This document shows positions 9,595 to 18,493 of a stretch of 64,000 nucleotides of DNA, in pieces. Each line of letters starts with the position of its first letter. The first letter of the stretch is position 1. The stretch comes from an uncultured virus (IMG/VR IMGVR_UViG_3300034082_002390). Its lineage: Duplodnaviria > Heunggongvirae > Uroviricota > Caudoviricetes. Position numbers and translations under genes: made by a program. Where the stretch lies: the IMG/VR virus record IMGVR_UViG_3300034082_002390. One strand, written 5' to 3'. A model generated the notes under the pieces. The model ran no database searches and was not told the origin of the DNA. It saw only the letters and a list, made by a program, of their open reading frames with translations.

Positions 9595-10085
9595 GATAGG
9601 TCCGGTGGCGGCATCTTTTTTAATATATCCCACATTTTTTGTTTTTCCAAAATTTTGTTTTCAAGTTCACGATACTGTTCGCCCAACTTCTTGAGATCAT
9701 CCCAGTCTGTTTCCAGGCTGGGATTGGGTCTCAAAATATTCAATCTCTGTTCAAGGCTTTTGAGTGTTTCGCACAAACTCACACCATTGATCTCAATGTC
9801 AGCCTTGTCGCCAACAAGAGAAAGCATACCACTATTGCCAACGGTGAGAGCCGGGGACACTTGCGTATTCCACCCACCTGTGCCTGCGGCTGAAATAGTG
9901 CTAGTGGTCAACCCCGAGTTTGCAAATGTATAACTTGGTGTGATTGACACTGTGTTAACTCCCACAGATGACATGTCAATTCCTGTTGTTATCCAGGAAT
10001 TGTCCAAAGGCGATACACTGCTACCAAGTTGTTGCAACACAGATCCAAGATCTATAGAGGGGTTTTCTTCTTTGTCAGAGTCCAT
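9591..10085 (-). CDS. Hypothetical phage protein
   Basis: S/T-rich N-terminus and coiled-coil C-terminus; start uncertain. Confidence 0.6.
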   Translation of the reverse strand: MDSDKEENPSIDLGSVLQQLGSSVSPLDNSWITTGIDMSSVGVNTVSITPSYTFANSGLTTSTISAAGTGGWNTQVSPALTVGNSGMLSLVGDKADIEINGVSLCETLKSLEQRLNILRPNPSLETDWDDLKKLGEQYRELENKILEKQKMWDILKKMPPPDLS

Positions 10086-10225
10086 GTACCATCCTTGTTG
10101 TCGGTCCAGATAATGTGATCACCCGGTGCCCAGCCCATCTTTTCACACAAGTCTAGACCAAGGTCCAACAACATTTCACCTGGGTTGTCGGGATCCTCAA
10201 TTATGTTAGCAGTGTACGTGGTCAT
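10052..10225 (-). CDS. Small AbrB/MazE (SpoVT)-like DNA-binding protein (57 aa, below the ORF-track cutoff)
   Basis: Manual translation MTTYTANIIEDPDNPGEMLLDLGLDLCEKMGWAPGDHIIWTDNKDGTWTLTKKKTPL; ATG overlaps the upstream stop (ATGA). Confidence 0.65.
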   Translation of the reverse strand: MTTYTANIIEDPDNPGEMLLDLGLDLCEKMGWAPGDHIIWTDNKDGTWTLTKKKTPL

Positions 10226-10413
10226 TTGGCCACTGTTAATGCTTCTTTTTCTGCGGTGATTTCTTTACGGCGTTCTTTGATGCCTTTGCTCATCTCTTGC
10301 AGGGCCTTGCGAGCTCTGGCAGCGGCTGCTTTGACTCCCTTGGTAGTGAACTTTTCATTCTCTGCAATATATGTTTCGTAGGCTGTTACGATTGCTTCAT
10401 GTTGTGTTGTCAT
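10222..10413 (-). CDS. Histone H1-like (Hc1-like) small basic protein
   Basis: ENEKFTTKGVKAAAARARKALQEMSKGIKERRKEI. Confidence 0.7.
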   Translation of the reverse strand: MTTQHEAIVTAYETYIAENEKFTTKGVKAAAARARKALQEMSKGIKERRKEITAEKEALTVAK

Positions 10414-10651
10414 TTGATTTCTCCTTGATTATGACTACTTCTACTCCTTGAGTCACAGCTTTTTCCAATAAAGTACTATAGCTGTGAACATCAAATTCAA
10501 TAACTTGATACTTGCGGCCGTCCAACCATTGCTCCAGTGCAACGTCTTGGGAAAATTCCAAATCTGAATCGGCACTGCCTGCGGCCACCAATGCTTCGTG
10601 TAAGTTATATATTTTTAAATCTTTGCCCGGGCCTATATAATAAAGTATCAT
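10397..10651 (-). CDS. Hypothetical protein (probably leaderless)
   Basis: ATG 10651 lies 7 nt downstream of TATAAT. Confidence 0.55.
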   Translation of the reverse strand: MILYYIGPGKDLKIYNLHEALVAAGSADSDLEFSQDVALEQWLDGRKYQVIEFDVHSYSTLLEKAVTQGVEVVIIKEKSNDNTT

Positions 10652-10658
10652 ATATGTA

Positions 10659-10687
10659 ATTATACAGCAATGCTCAGGCCAAGTCAA
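10659..10687 (-). promoter_or_regulatory. Sigma70-type promoter
   Basis: TTGACT-17-TATAAT. Confidence 0.75.
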
Positions 10688-10697
10688 GTTTTTTCAA

Positions 10698-10940
10698 TTA
10701 AATTGGATAGATGTGTCGCCGAAGCCAACAGTCCCAGATGGTGACTGTTTCCCAACTGTGTGGCCAATACAGTTGGAACAAACTAAAGCTTTGATTGTCG
10801 TGCAAGCGCATGCGATTGGTTTCAATTGTGCAAGGTACTCGGTGTGCCTTGGCCCAGTCTTGTAACATTTGTTGCGCATTTTTTTCACGTACAATCACCA
10901 AATAGAGTGGCTCGGCACTCCTGTAATTGAACACGGTCAT
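10698..10940 (-). CDS. Hypothetical protein
   Basis: ORF in minus-strand gene string. Confidence 0.55.
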   Translation of the reverse strand: MTVFNYRSAEPLYLVIVREKNAQQMLQDWAKAHRVPCTIETNRMRLHDNQSFSLFQLYWPHSWETVTIWDCWLRRHIYPI

Positions 10941-10943
10941 TTG

Positions 10944-11198
10944 TTAATGCAAGGTAGCGTCAGGAGGTACACCAATCATGGATTGTTGTGAGGATTCATA
11001 GTGGGAGTATAATACGGCGAATTCATCATCTAGATTGAACCACTCGTGATCGTGCAATGATGCTCGCTCGGGATCCACTCCCAACAGTCGCATCATTGAG
11101 CCAATGGGAACTTGTTTGTAACCATGATTATATAACACTGCACACAATTCCATTACAGTATCGCGTATCATGTGTTCAATTTGTTTGTCTTCCTGCAT
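10944..11198 (-). CDS. Hypothetical protein
   Basis: ORF in minus-strand gene string. Confidence 0.55.
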   Translation of the reverse strand: MQEDKQIEHMIRDTVMELCAVLYNHGYKQVPIGSMMRLLGVDPERASLHDHEWFNLDDEFAVLYSHYESSQQSMIGVPPDATLH

Positions 11199-11232
11199 AA
11201 AATTAATTATGCCGATTGTTGATTTTCAGCAC

Positions 11233-11259
11233 AAAAGAAAAGCGGGCCGAAGCCCGCTT
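11233..11259 (-). terminator. Rho-independent terminator
   Basis: AAGCGGGC-TTCG-GCCCGCTT followed by TTCTTTT on the minus strand. Confidence 0.8.
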
Positions 11260-11276
11260 GTGTTGCTGGTGTGCAA

Positions 11277-11684
11277 TTATGCTGGATCAGCTTCGCGCAT
11301 GTTCACTGCCTGGAGCAATGCTTCCGCAGTTACTGGCTTGGTTTTGGTGGCCTTTGGACTGGACACACTAGACTTGCTGGCTGTGCCAGTTTTGAGAGTA
11401 ACTTTGACCTCGCTCTTTTTAACCACTCGAGCCTTGTCAGCGGCACGGCTTGCAATTGCATAAGCCGCATCGCTAGTGAAGTTACCAGTACCTTCAAGAT
11501 ACTTGAGAGCATCAATCTTGGTCATTGGCTCAGGCAACTCCATCAAATTGATGTTGGTGCAGTTTGCCTTGTTGAGAATCTTGATACGTGCCACCAGGTC
11601 ATTCGCAAAGCGAGCCTTGGTAGTACCATCAGGGTTAGTTGCAGTACCAGCTACGGTAAAAGTTTTGTTGTCTTGCTTAGCCAT
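11277..11684 (-). CDS. Hypothetical basic phage protein
   Basis: Flanked by its own promoter and terminator; K/A/T-rich tail. Confidence 0.7.
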   Translation of the reverse strand: MAKQDNKTFTVAGTATNPDGTTKARFANDLVARIKILNKANCTNINLMELPEPMTKIDALKYLEGTGNFTSDAAYAIASRAADKARVVKKSEVKVTLKTGTASKSSVSSPKATKTKPVTAEALLQAVNMREADPA

Positions 11685-11752
11685 TGTGTGTGCCTTTCAA
11701 AGTGCCTAAAGTTAATTTACAAGTTTCATATGCTTTTTTACAGCATACAAGT

Positions 11753-11781
11753 ATTATAGCAAAAAACAAGTTATTGGTCAA
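11753..11781 (-). promoter_or_regulatory. Sigma70-type promoter
   Basis: TTGACC-17-TATAAT. Confidence 0.8.
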
Positions 11782-12125
11782 CCGTTTTCTGCCACATTTT
11801 GAGCTGATTTTTTACCAGATTTCTTACTGGATTTCTCAGCTCGGTCTTCAATCTTACCTTCCAAATTTTGGATTTGGTGACGCAAGGAGTGTAACCCCTG
11901 GCAAACCTCTTCATATTTTTGAAAAGTACGATCAAATCGAAATTGGTAAACTGCCACACAGGCCAGAAGAGTCTGAACTGTGTCTTCGTTGGTGAGTTTA
12001 CCTTGATTGAACTGGTCAACAATTTCCTTGACGTCATCTACCATACCCCAACATTTGAGAATCTGTTGTTCCAGCTCAAAGTTGTCGTCAACCAATTGTG
12101 TGCTATGTTTCATTATTTTCTCCAT
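11778..12125 (-). CDS. Hypothetical protein
   Basis: Helical ORF, translationally coupled. Confidence 0.6.
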   Translation of the reverse strand: MEKIMKHSTQLVDDNFELEQQILKCWGMVDDVKEIVDQFNQGKLTNEDTVQTLLACVAVYQFRFDRTFQKYEEVCQGLHSLRHQIQNLEGKIEDRAEKSSKKSGKKSAQNVAENG

Positions 12126-12538
12126 TACCAGCTTGAATTATAAAATACTTTTAACCCCAAGAACAACTCTGCGCGAGCGTTTTTAATAAACTCCAAATCG
12201 CTTTGACGATAGTGTTTGTCTGAGTCTTCGCCAAAAAAGAATCCACTTGTGCCTGGCAGTCGATTGTGTTTGACTGCATGCTCTAGAGCATCAAGATCTT
12301 CCCAGGTAAGCTCTAGTTCAATGCCGTTGAAACTATCATACTTTAATTTTTTTTGTTCTGCAAGCAGTTCCATCCAGCCATGCAGATTAGGATGCTTGCG
12401 CCAGTAGGCTAGTTCACGTGGCTTGGTTGTTGTTTTGTTCTCATACTCACGAGTTGTTTCATTGAACTCAGCACCTTCGTAAAACTCATCGCGCTGATTT
12501 GCTCGTTGTGCCACATAGGCGTACATATCTAATCCCAT
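12125..12538 (-). CDS. Conserved phage hypothetical protein (MGLDMY...YWRK family)
   Basis: MGLDMYAY, ELAYWRKHPNLHGWM, GFFFG, VFYNSSW; GGAGA RBS. Confidence 0.75.
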   Translation of the reverse strand: MGLDMYAYVAQRANQRDEFYEGAEFNETTREYENKTTTKPRELAYWRKHPNLHGWMELLAEQKKLKYDSFNGIELELTWEDLDALEHAVKHNRLPGTSGFFFGEDSDKHYRQSDLEFIKNARAELFLGLKVFYNSSW

Positions 12539-12547
12539 GATATCTCC

Positions 12548-13075
12548 TTACAAATAAACATAACCCATTTTGGCCGCGTATTCATAACACTTTTCTCGAG
12601 GACGTTTCCGAATAGGTCGTGCTGGATTGCCAGCATAGATTGTCCACGGCTCGGTATTTTCTTTTAGCAAACTGTTTGCCCCAAGAAACGACCCTTCGGC
12701 CATTGTGATCCCAGGCATGACAACAGCATTGGTCATAACTCCGCTGAATCGTTCCAGTCTAATCGGAGCCACTATGGATGTATCGTGATACTCTTTTGGG
12801 ATGAATGGGCCAATAAGACCCTCGCCTAAAAACAGTTCTGAACCGCCAACCATTTTAGATCCAGCACCAATAACACAGAAATCTTCCATGATCAAGGCAC
12901 TGCTACGACCACCGATCACAGCCACATGTGGACTGATATGCACATAGTCGCCCAGTTCCAGCGCAGTGGTACAATAGAATCCACTGTCAATGGCCACATG
13001 ATTGCCAATCTTGCATAAGTCCAAATGCCTAATTTCGGCACTTGCACTGATTATAACATCTTCACCTTGCGTCAT
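12548..13075 (-). CDS. Hexapeptide-repeat (left-handed beta-helix) acyltransferase
   Basis: IGNHVAID, LGDYVHIS repeats and IYAGNPARPIR. Confidence 0.85.
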   Translation of the reverse strand: MTQGEDVIISASAEIRHLDLCKIGNHVAIDSGFYCTTALELGDYVHISPHVAVIGGRSSALIMEDFCVIGAGSKMVGGSELFLGEGLIGPFIPKEYHDTSIVAPIRLERFSGVMTNAVVMPGITMAEGSFLGANSLLKENTEPWTIYAGNPARPIRKRPREKCYEYAAKMGYVYL

Positions 13076-13079
13076 ATTT

Positions 13080-13418
13080 TTACTTTATTAAAACTTTAGA
13101 TTCGTCAAGTCGATCACTGTATATCTTCTGACCAAGTTTGCGAATAGTGTCTGCCGCCTGCTGGGGTGCAGACTCAAACATATCTTGTATATCTTCTTTG
13201 GTAATTCCATCTACTGCACTTACCACATAAATTTCATAATGCCGGTGCGTGTTGTATCTTGCACGAAGCATCAAGTGATTGATGTTTGCTAGTTTGGCAG
13301 TTGGGTTAGTTCCTTTAAGAGCTGACCAGGTCAAATCGTGTTGATACTCAGTGATGTTACCAATGTATTCAAGTCCCTGGTTATCCCAGGAAATTAAAAA
13401 TTGTGTTACCTTGCTCAT
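13080..13418 (-). CDS. Hypothetical phage protein
   Basis: LRARYNTHRHYEIY; coupled ORF. Confidence 0.6.
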   Translation of the reverse strand: MSKVTQFLISWDNQGLEYIGNITEYQHDLTWSALKGTNPTAKLANINHLMLRARYNTHRHYEIYVVSAVDGITKEDIQDMFESAPQQAADTIRKLGQKIYSDRLDESKVLIK

Positions 13419-14104
13419 ATCAACTTGACTCGGGTCAACTGAGTGGTGTCAGGACGCAGTGCTTTGATACTGCCCTGAGCCAAAAACCTCGAACCCACTG
13501 GCACACTGGCACGGTAGCTAAAGAACACACTTTGATTGTGTTCGGTGATTGCTGTTACAAAAAATACATTGTAATTTTGACTGTACACCACCTTGGTGAC
13601 TTCGATTGAAGTTCTAATCTTGTCGCCCACTTGTCCCAGTGCCGGGGCAGTTGCATCCACGCGACTCATCAACTCAGTAAACGATTTGCTGGAAATAAAA
13701 CTTTGAATCTGACTGGCAGTGATGGCCAATTCATAACGTTGAGTGTTGTCGAACGTTTCCATCTCAGCTACCTTGGAAACCAGCTGTTCAAAATCATTGA
13801 GCTTGGTTTTAAGTGCCCTGAATGTCAGCGTTTTCTTGTGCCACTCACGGGCCTGTTTGCCGACATCAGCGTCAGCTGGAGTGATCACTGCAACATCGGC
13901 TAGAGCTTCTGAAACCAAAACTTTGTTGGGTTTGCGAACAAGAGTGTCATCTTTGTATTCCGGCTCTTTAACGTAGGAACCATTGATGCGTTGTGCATAG
14001 GCCGCAGCCGCCCATACCAAAAGAGATGGCCAAGTCTGTGTAGGCTTGCCGGCATTGCGAGCACGAAATCCACCTGCATAATAACTCTTGTGCACAATCT
14101 TCAT
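13415..14104 (-). CDS. Hypothetical protein, possible C-terminal OB-fold
   Basis: GQVGDKI...GSIK...TQLTRVKL beta-rich C-terminus. Confidence 0.55.
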   Translation of the reverse strand: MKIVHKSYYAGGFRARNAGKPTQTWPSLLVWAAAAYAQRINGSYVKEPEYKDDTLVRKPNKVLVSEALADVAVITPADADVGKQAREWHKKTLTFRALKTKLNDFEQLVSKVAEMETFDNTQRYELAITASQIQSFISSKSFTELMSRVDATAPALGQVGDKIRTSIEVTKVVYSQNYNVFFVTAITEHNQSVFFSYRASVPVGSRFLAQGSIKALRPDTTQLTRVKLI

Positions 14105-14334
14105 TACACAATCTCCGTTACTGTATAATTTACACGATGATAACCCACGTCGTAAGATCCGCCATATCCAGCAAACTGGCTTCCGTTGCAGGTTAACTTG
14201 GCCCGACCATTCTTGGCCATTTTTCTAGCCAATCGCAACCATGGTCCACCTGTAGAGGACTTGGTAACACGGCCATCGGCAGTTTCTCTAACCATGACAT
14301 CAAATGTAAAACTACGCGGTATTATTTTTTTCAT
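14104..14334 (-). CDS. Hypothetical protein
   Basis: Coupled ORF. Confidence 0.5.
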   Translation of the reverse strand: MKKIIPRSFTFDVMVRETADGRVTKSSTGGPWLRLARKMAKNGRAKLTCNGSQFAGYGGSYDVGYHRVNYTVTEIV

Positions 14335-14335
14335 A

Positions 14336-14614
14336 TCACATGCTCCAGTAAGTTTCGGAAGCAGGGTTGCAACACCATGGAGTGTCTGCATCGATCTCTA
14401 CAGGCTTGCCGCTCATCAAATTCTTCACTGTGATCTTGGGAGCCCGGTAAGTGTCACGAGCAACAATGTTCAGTTCGTTTTCGCCCCAACCTGCTTTGCG
14501 GCAGAGTCGTGTACGAGTAGCCTTAGCGGCACCAAAAGTTTTGTAGGCACGAGTTTTGTTGGGACCGTCTGTAACAATTAAACCTGTACCTTTTGCAACG
14601 ATTACGTATGTCAT
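14336..14614 (-). CDS. Hypothetical early protein
   Basis: AGGAG RBS directly after promoter cassette; C-terminal CCNPASETYWSM. Confidence 0.65.
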   Translation of the reverse strand: MTYVIVAKGTGLIVTDGPNKTRAYKTFGAAKATRTRLCRKAGWGENELNIVARDTYRAPKITVKNLMSGKPVEIDADTPWCCNPASETYWSM

Positions 14615-14645
14615 CTAAAGCTCCTTTGTTTCTTACTATACTTCT

Positions 14646-14749
14646 ATTATAACAAAATGGGAGATTCTGGTCAACCAGTTTTTTTCGGTGCTTTTTCCTG
14701 GGTTTTTTTGTTGTTTTTATGCAACACATTCTGTTGTTTTGTTGCAACA
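14646..14749 (-). promoter_or_regulatory. Sigma70-type promoter with two upstream palindromes
   Basis: TTGACC (14674-14669), 17 bp, TATAAT (14651-14646); TGTTG-N8-CAACA at 14709-14726 and 14732-14749. Confidence 0.8.
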
Positions 14750-14952
14750 CTGAATTCCCGCTGAACATAGTGCTTGATCAGTGTGCGCTGGATCATGGTC
14801 ACTAGATCTCCCTGATCATCAGCCACAACAAACCTCACCGGGCACCTGGCCCAGGTACCAGATTTTACAAAATCATAATAAAATCTCCTGTGCTGGCGAT
14901 TGCCGGGGTTGAAAACAATCCAAGGTCTTCCATGTAGTTCAAGTTGGCTCAT
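14671..14952 (-). CDS. Hypothetical protein
   Basis: RPWIVFNP...WARCPVRF; 3' end runs through the promoter cassette. Confidence 0.55.
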   Translation of the reverse strand: MSQLELHGRPWIVFNPGNRQHRRFYYDFVKSGTWARCPVRFVVADDQGDLVTMIQRTLIKHYVQREFSVATKQQNVLHKNNKKTQEKAPKKTG

Positions 14953-14955
14953 AAT

Positions 14956-15513
14956 TTATACCTTAAAATAAGTGTAGTGACTGTCTAAATTCCAAGTGGT
15001 AGTATCAACTACCACGCCGTCATGAGTTGTTAATGAAATGCCCAACTCTTGATATCTTTTCCAAAACCAATAAATGTCCGGTGTTGTGCTGCCTAACTTG
15101 GTTGAGTTTAATTTTTTATGATTTGCGGCACTCAAGCGACATGTTGGAATGTTCAATGCTTCATCCACAGTGAGGCGTCCAAACAATACCAAGTCACGGG
15201 CCACAGAAGCAGGAATCACATGTTCGAACTCAGTCTTGGTACCATGTGGTAGGCCTGTTTCATAGTAGTGGGCTCCGATGTTTTCTTTGATTGAGTAGCC
15301 ATGATATCTGCGTAACAACACATCAATCATGTCGCGGATTAAACGTGCTGTTTGTCCTTCTACCTTGAGTTGTTTATACTGCTCTACATGTCGCAAGATT
15401 TCACTGCGACAGTATTCTTGAGTTTCGCTGTAGCTTGCGCCGCCACGCTTGACAGGCGTGGGTTTCTTTTGTGCAAAATTAACAACACGTTGTTGTAATG
15501 GAATTGGTTTCAT
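14956..15513 (-). CDS. Putative His-Me/HNH-like nuclease-domain protein
   Basis: TEFEHVIP...H..LN and W.RY motifs. Confidence 0.45.
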   Translation of the reverse strand: MKPIPLQQRVVNFAQKKPTPVKRGGASYSETQEYCRSEILRHVEQYKQLKVEGQTARLIRDMIDVLLRRYHGYSIKENIGAHYYETGLPHGTKTEFEHVIPASVARDLVLFGRLTVDEALNIPTCRLSAANHKKLNSTKLGSTTPDIYWFWKRYQELGISLTTHDGVVVDTTTWNLDSHYTYFKV

Positions 15514-15514
15514 T

Positions 15515-16726
15515 TTAGAACAAGTCCTTGACATCAGGTGTGTACACCGAGAACGGTTGCTTGGGAAACTTAAATCCTTTGGCTTTTGTCGGAGCCCAGG
15601 TATGCTTTAACTGATGCCAGAAAAATGCAGTACCTTGCGGTGTGTTCTTGTTGTTACGCGGTGCATCAGGCCACATGTGCTTGGCAATGCCTTTATAGGT
15701 TTTGTTGTAGGCATTTAAGTTGGCTTGATGAGCAGTTTTCCAGAATTCACTCTTGGCGTCAAAGTTGGCTTGAAACATGTCAATGCAATGTTGGGCCAAG
15801 TCTTCAATGTCAGCGTCACTGTACACAATGTCTTGCTGTTCACACAAGTTCAAGAACTCAATAATGATCGGGATTTCCTTGCTGTTGATAGGACGTTGTT
15901 GAATGCCCACAACATAGTTGCCATACACAGCAAACTGACGCACAACTTCAACCGAAGCATCGTTCAGTTCGTTGAGACGACTAATGGCGCCTGTTTGATC
16001 AGTGTCGTTAAACTTTTCAGCTGTCAAGAACATGCCAGCGTTGGCAATGTGCTTCCACTTGGTGTGTGCGTCTACCCACTCAGGCTCGTTAACGCCGTCA
16101 ACCTCAACACCGTAGATCATTTGCATGAAAATGTCAATGATGTCCAAGGGCTTCTTGCCTGCGTTTTTACCCACTGTGGTGTTGTTGTTAATAAAGTTAC
16201 CACGAATCTCACCGCGGCTGGTGATGTCATAGATGTTGATTGGCACTTCAATGTCATCAAAGTTTTCACCCAGGCCCACAGTTGCAATCAAGTACAGAGC
16301 AATCGAAGTGTGCTGACCATCCCACCCACCCCATTGCCCGGCACCAGTTGCATACACCTGAATAGGTTGTGCTTGGTATGCACGGAAGTTGGTGATGATG
16401 GTGATAATCCAATCCAAGTTGGGTTCACGTTGCATTGTGGTGTCAATCACAATGTCCTTGAGCTTGCCTGTCAGACTCTTGCAAAGACGAAAACGTGAGC
16501 GATCGTTGACGCTGGTGAGGCCAGGATGATTCTTTTTAAAGACTGTGATTGCTTTGGCCAGTTTGCTTTGCCAATTGCGGCGTGCTTGCACAGGCATTGC
16601 GGCAACGGTGTCGTTGTAGCGTTGAACCAAGTCAATTAGATTAGAAGCTGAATTTGTATAGCGGGCGTTCTTAGTGGCCGCGTAGTTGTTGGACAAAATT
16701 GCCCAGGTTTGTGTGGCGGTAGCCAT
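15515..16726 (-). CDS. ParB/Srx-like (DGQH-motif) domain protein
   Basis: IDTTMQR...PIQVY...GWDGQHT. Confidence 0.6.
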   Translation of the reverse strand: MATATQTWAILSNNYAATKNARYTNSASNLIDLVQRYNDTVAAMPVQARRNWQSKLAKAITVFKKNHPGLTSVNDRSRFRLCKSLTGKLKDIVIDTTMQREPNLDWIITIITNFRAYQAQPIQVYATGAGQWGGWDGQHTSIALYLIATVGLGENFDDIEVPINIYDITSRGEIRGNFINNNTTVGKNAGKKPLDIIDIFMQMIYGVEVDGVNEPEWVDAHTKWKHIANAGMFLTAEKFNDTDQTGAISRLNELNDASVEVVRQFAVYGNYVVGIQQRPINSKEIPIIIEFLNLCEQQDIVYSDADIEDLAQHCIDMFQANFDAKSEFWKTAHQANLNAYNKTYKGIAKHMWPDAPRNNKNTPQGTAFFWHQLKHTWAPTKAKGFKFPKQPFSVYTPDVKDLF

Positions 16727-16823
16727 AGTTAGTTCCTTTTTGTTCGTAATCGTTACAACTCAGTGACACCATGTCACGTTGTTGTGTTTTGATTAGCCGG
16801 TATAAATCTTGTACCGTATGCAT

Positions 16824-16853
16824 ATTATATGCGAAAATGCCAATTGTTGTCAA
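16824..16853 (-). promoter_or_regulatory. Sigma70-type promoter
   Basis: TTGACA-18-TATAAT. Confidence 0.7.
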
Positions 16854-16860
16854 CCAAGAA

Positions 16861-17259
16861 TTACCAAAGAACAGGTTCGGGTGTAGTCCTTTCACCTTTT
16901 AAAGCCAGCATGATTTCTTCCTGTTCGGTGTAGATCATACGGGCTGATTCCAGGATCAAGCGACGATCCATGGCGTCTAGCTTCATCCAAGCCTTGATTG
17001 TGTGATAGTTGCTGTAGCTTTCTATTGGGAATGAATCCTGGATCCAACCTGTGGTGTGCTTGAGTGCCTCAATTGTGTTGCCGGGGTGACTCGACTGCAC
17101 GGCCCGCATAAAGTCATTGGCCAGTACCGCTGACCAAAACGATCCCGGTTCAAATCCATGGACTAGATAGTTGTACAAGGGATCAAAGTACTCGCGAGGC
17201 ACTGACCAACGAGTAGCACTCAGCATCATGCGATTACGACTGAATTTGGTTAGTGTCAC
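16861..17259 (-). CDS. Conserved phage hypothetical protein
   Basis: YLVHGFEPGSFWSAVLANDF motif. Confidence 0.65.
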   Translation of the reverse strand: MTLTKFSRNRMMLSATRWSVPREYFDPLYNYLVHGFEPGSFWSAVLANDFMRAVQSSHPGNTIEALKHTTGWIQDSFPIESYSNYHTIKAWMKLDAMDRRLILESARMIYTEQEEIMLALKGERTTPEPVLW

Positions 17260-17383
17260 GATTCAACTCCTTTAGTACAAGATATTTTATCCGGGCTGTA
17301 CATTAGCACAAAGTTGCCAACATTCATGGTGCCTAGCACGGCCAGAAATACTACAAATCCACCAACTACAGCAAACATTGTTT

Positions 17384-17638
17384 TCATTCTTCAACTCCGA
17401 ACTTGTGTTTAATCTCTGCTACACAATCTCTGCGAAACGAATCCTCGATCTGATTGCGATAATCATCGTAGCCCGGGCTTAGACCTTCTACAATGTTCAC
17501 ACATTCTCGCACAATCAACTCGGCGAACTTTTCTAGCCCGTTGCCAAAGACAATATTTTTAACTTCATCGCCTGATTTAAAATCTTTTGCCTGTGTAAGA
17601 TCAGCCTGTAGAGCAAGTTCTTTAATTCGTTCGTTCAT
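17384..17638 (-). CDS. Hypothetical protein (MNERIKELA...EKFAELIVREC family)
   Basis: Recurrent small phage protein pattern ending FGVEE. Confidence 0.7.
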   Translation of the reverse strand: MNERIKELALQADLTQAKDFKSGDEVKNIVFGNGLEKFAELIVRECVNIVEGLSPGYDDYRNQIEDSFRRDCVAEIKHKFGVEE

Positions 17639-17854
17639 AAAAACCACTCCATGTAAATCCAGGCCACAATGCAAGCAACATTAAACCATACAGCAAACAA
17701 TACCATGTAGAGCATCACCTGAGCCCGCCGTCCTGCTTGTTCAGCCTCGTTCATAGGTGCCAACTTTCATTTGGATCTTTTGGTGAAAATAACAATGCTA
17801 GTCCAACTACAGAGACAACAATGCTATACCCTATCAACACTAATTCATTAATTG

Positions 17855-18412
17855 TCATTCTTCAACTCCTACGTACCGGCTTGCCTCGGCGTGCAAACCT
17901 GCGTCACCCCGAGTCATCACAGCCAACAACAATCTCTTTTCTTCCAAGTAGGTCCTAGCGAAAGCAGGGTCATGTTCCATGATGCTTCGGCTGTTGCTGA
18001 TCAAATCTGCCAACTTGATGGTCTGTGCTTCGGCAGGTGCTTCGGCAGTGTGAGCACGGTCCACGGCCTTACGATAAGCACGGTTGCCATCTTCGGGCCT
18101 GGAAACGTCAGTGAGCCAGCCAACCAAGGCAGCGATGTCAGCACCAAAGGCCACGTGCACATCAGTGAAAGTGCAATCAGTGTCTTCCACAACATCGTGC
18201 AACCAAGCAGCCGCAACCATGTCGGGTGTAGCACCTGGAACACCAGCCACGATCCGGGCAACTTCGGCAGGGTGGACGATGTAGGGTTCGCCGGTGTACT
18301 TACGCTTCTGTCCAACTGCGGCGTGAGCAGCCATGGCATATACTTGTGCCTTACGCACAATATCCATGCCACTTTGATCCATTGTAAAATCTTCCATACT
18401 GCTCTCCTTCAT
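17855..18412 (-). CDS. HD-domain (p)ppGpp hydrolase (small alarmone hydrolase, Mesh1/SpoT-like)
   Basis: AH..Q.RKYTGEPYIVHP, AWLHDVVEDT, LTD and IKLADLISN. Confidence 0.85.
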   Translation of the reverse strand: MKESSMEDFTMDQSGMDIVRKAQVYAMAAHAAVGQKRKYTGEPYIVHPAEVARIVAGVPGATPDMVAAAWLHDVVEDTDCTFTDVHVAFGADIAALVGWLTDVSRPEDGNRAYRKAVDRAHTAEAPAEAQTIKLADLISNSRSIMEHDPAFARTYLEEKRLLLAVMTRGDAGLHAEASRYVGVEE

Positions 18413-18425
18413 TGTCTATGTGTAT

Positions 18426-18454
18426 ATTATAGCAGATCGGGAGATTTTGGTCAA
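18426..18454 (-). promoter_or_regulatory. Sigma70-type promoter
   Basis: TTGACC-17-TATAAT. Confidence 0.8.
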
Positions 18455-18456
18455 CC

Positions 18457-18481
18457 AAAAGATAAGCCCCTTTCGGGGCTT
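18457..18481 (-). terminator. Rho-independent terminator
   Basis: AAGCCCC-GAAA-GGGGCTT followed by ATCTTTT on the minus strand. Confidence 0.7.
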
Positions 18482-18493
18482 AAAATGTAGTAC

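Noticed and set aside
15725..16498. 257-aa plus-strand ORF, and similar long antisense ORFs at 17852, 21717, 24952 and 55992
   Set aside because: They are antisense to well-supported minus-strand genes, carry no motifs, and are explained by codon bias.
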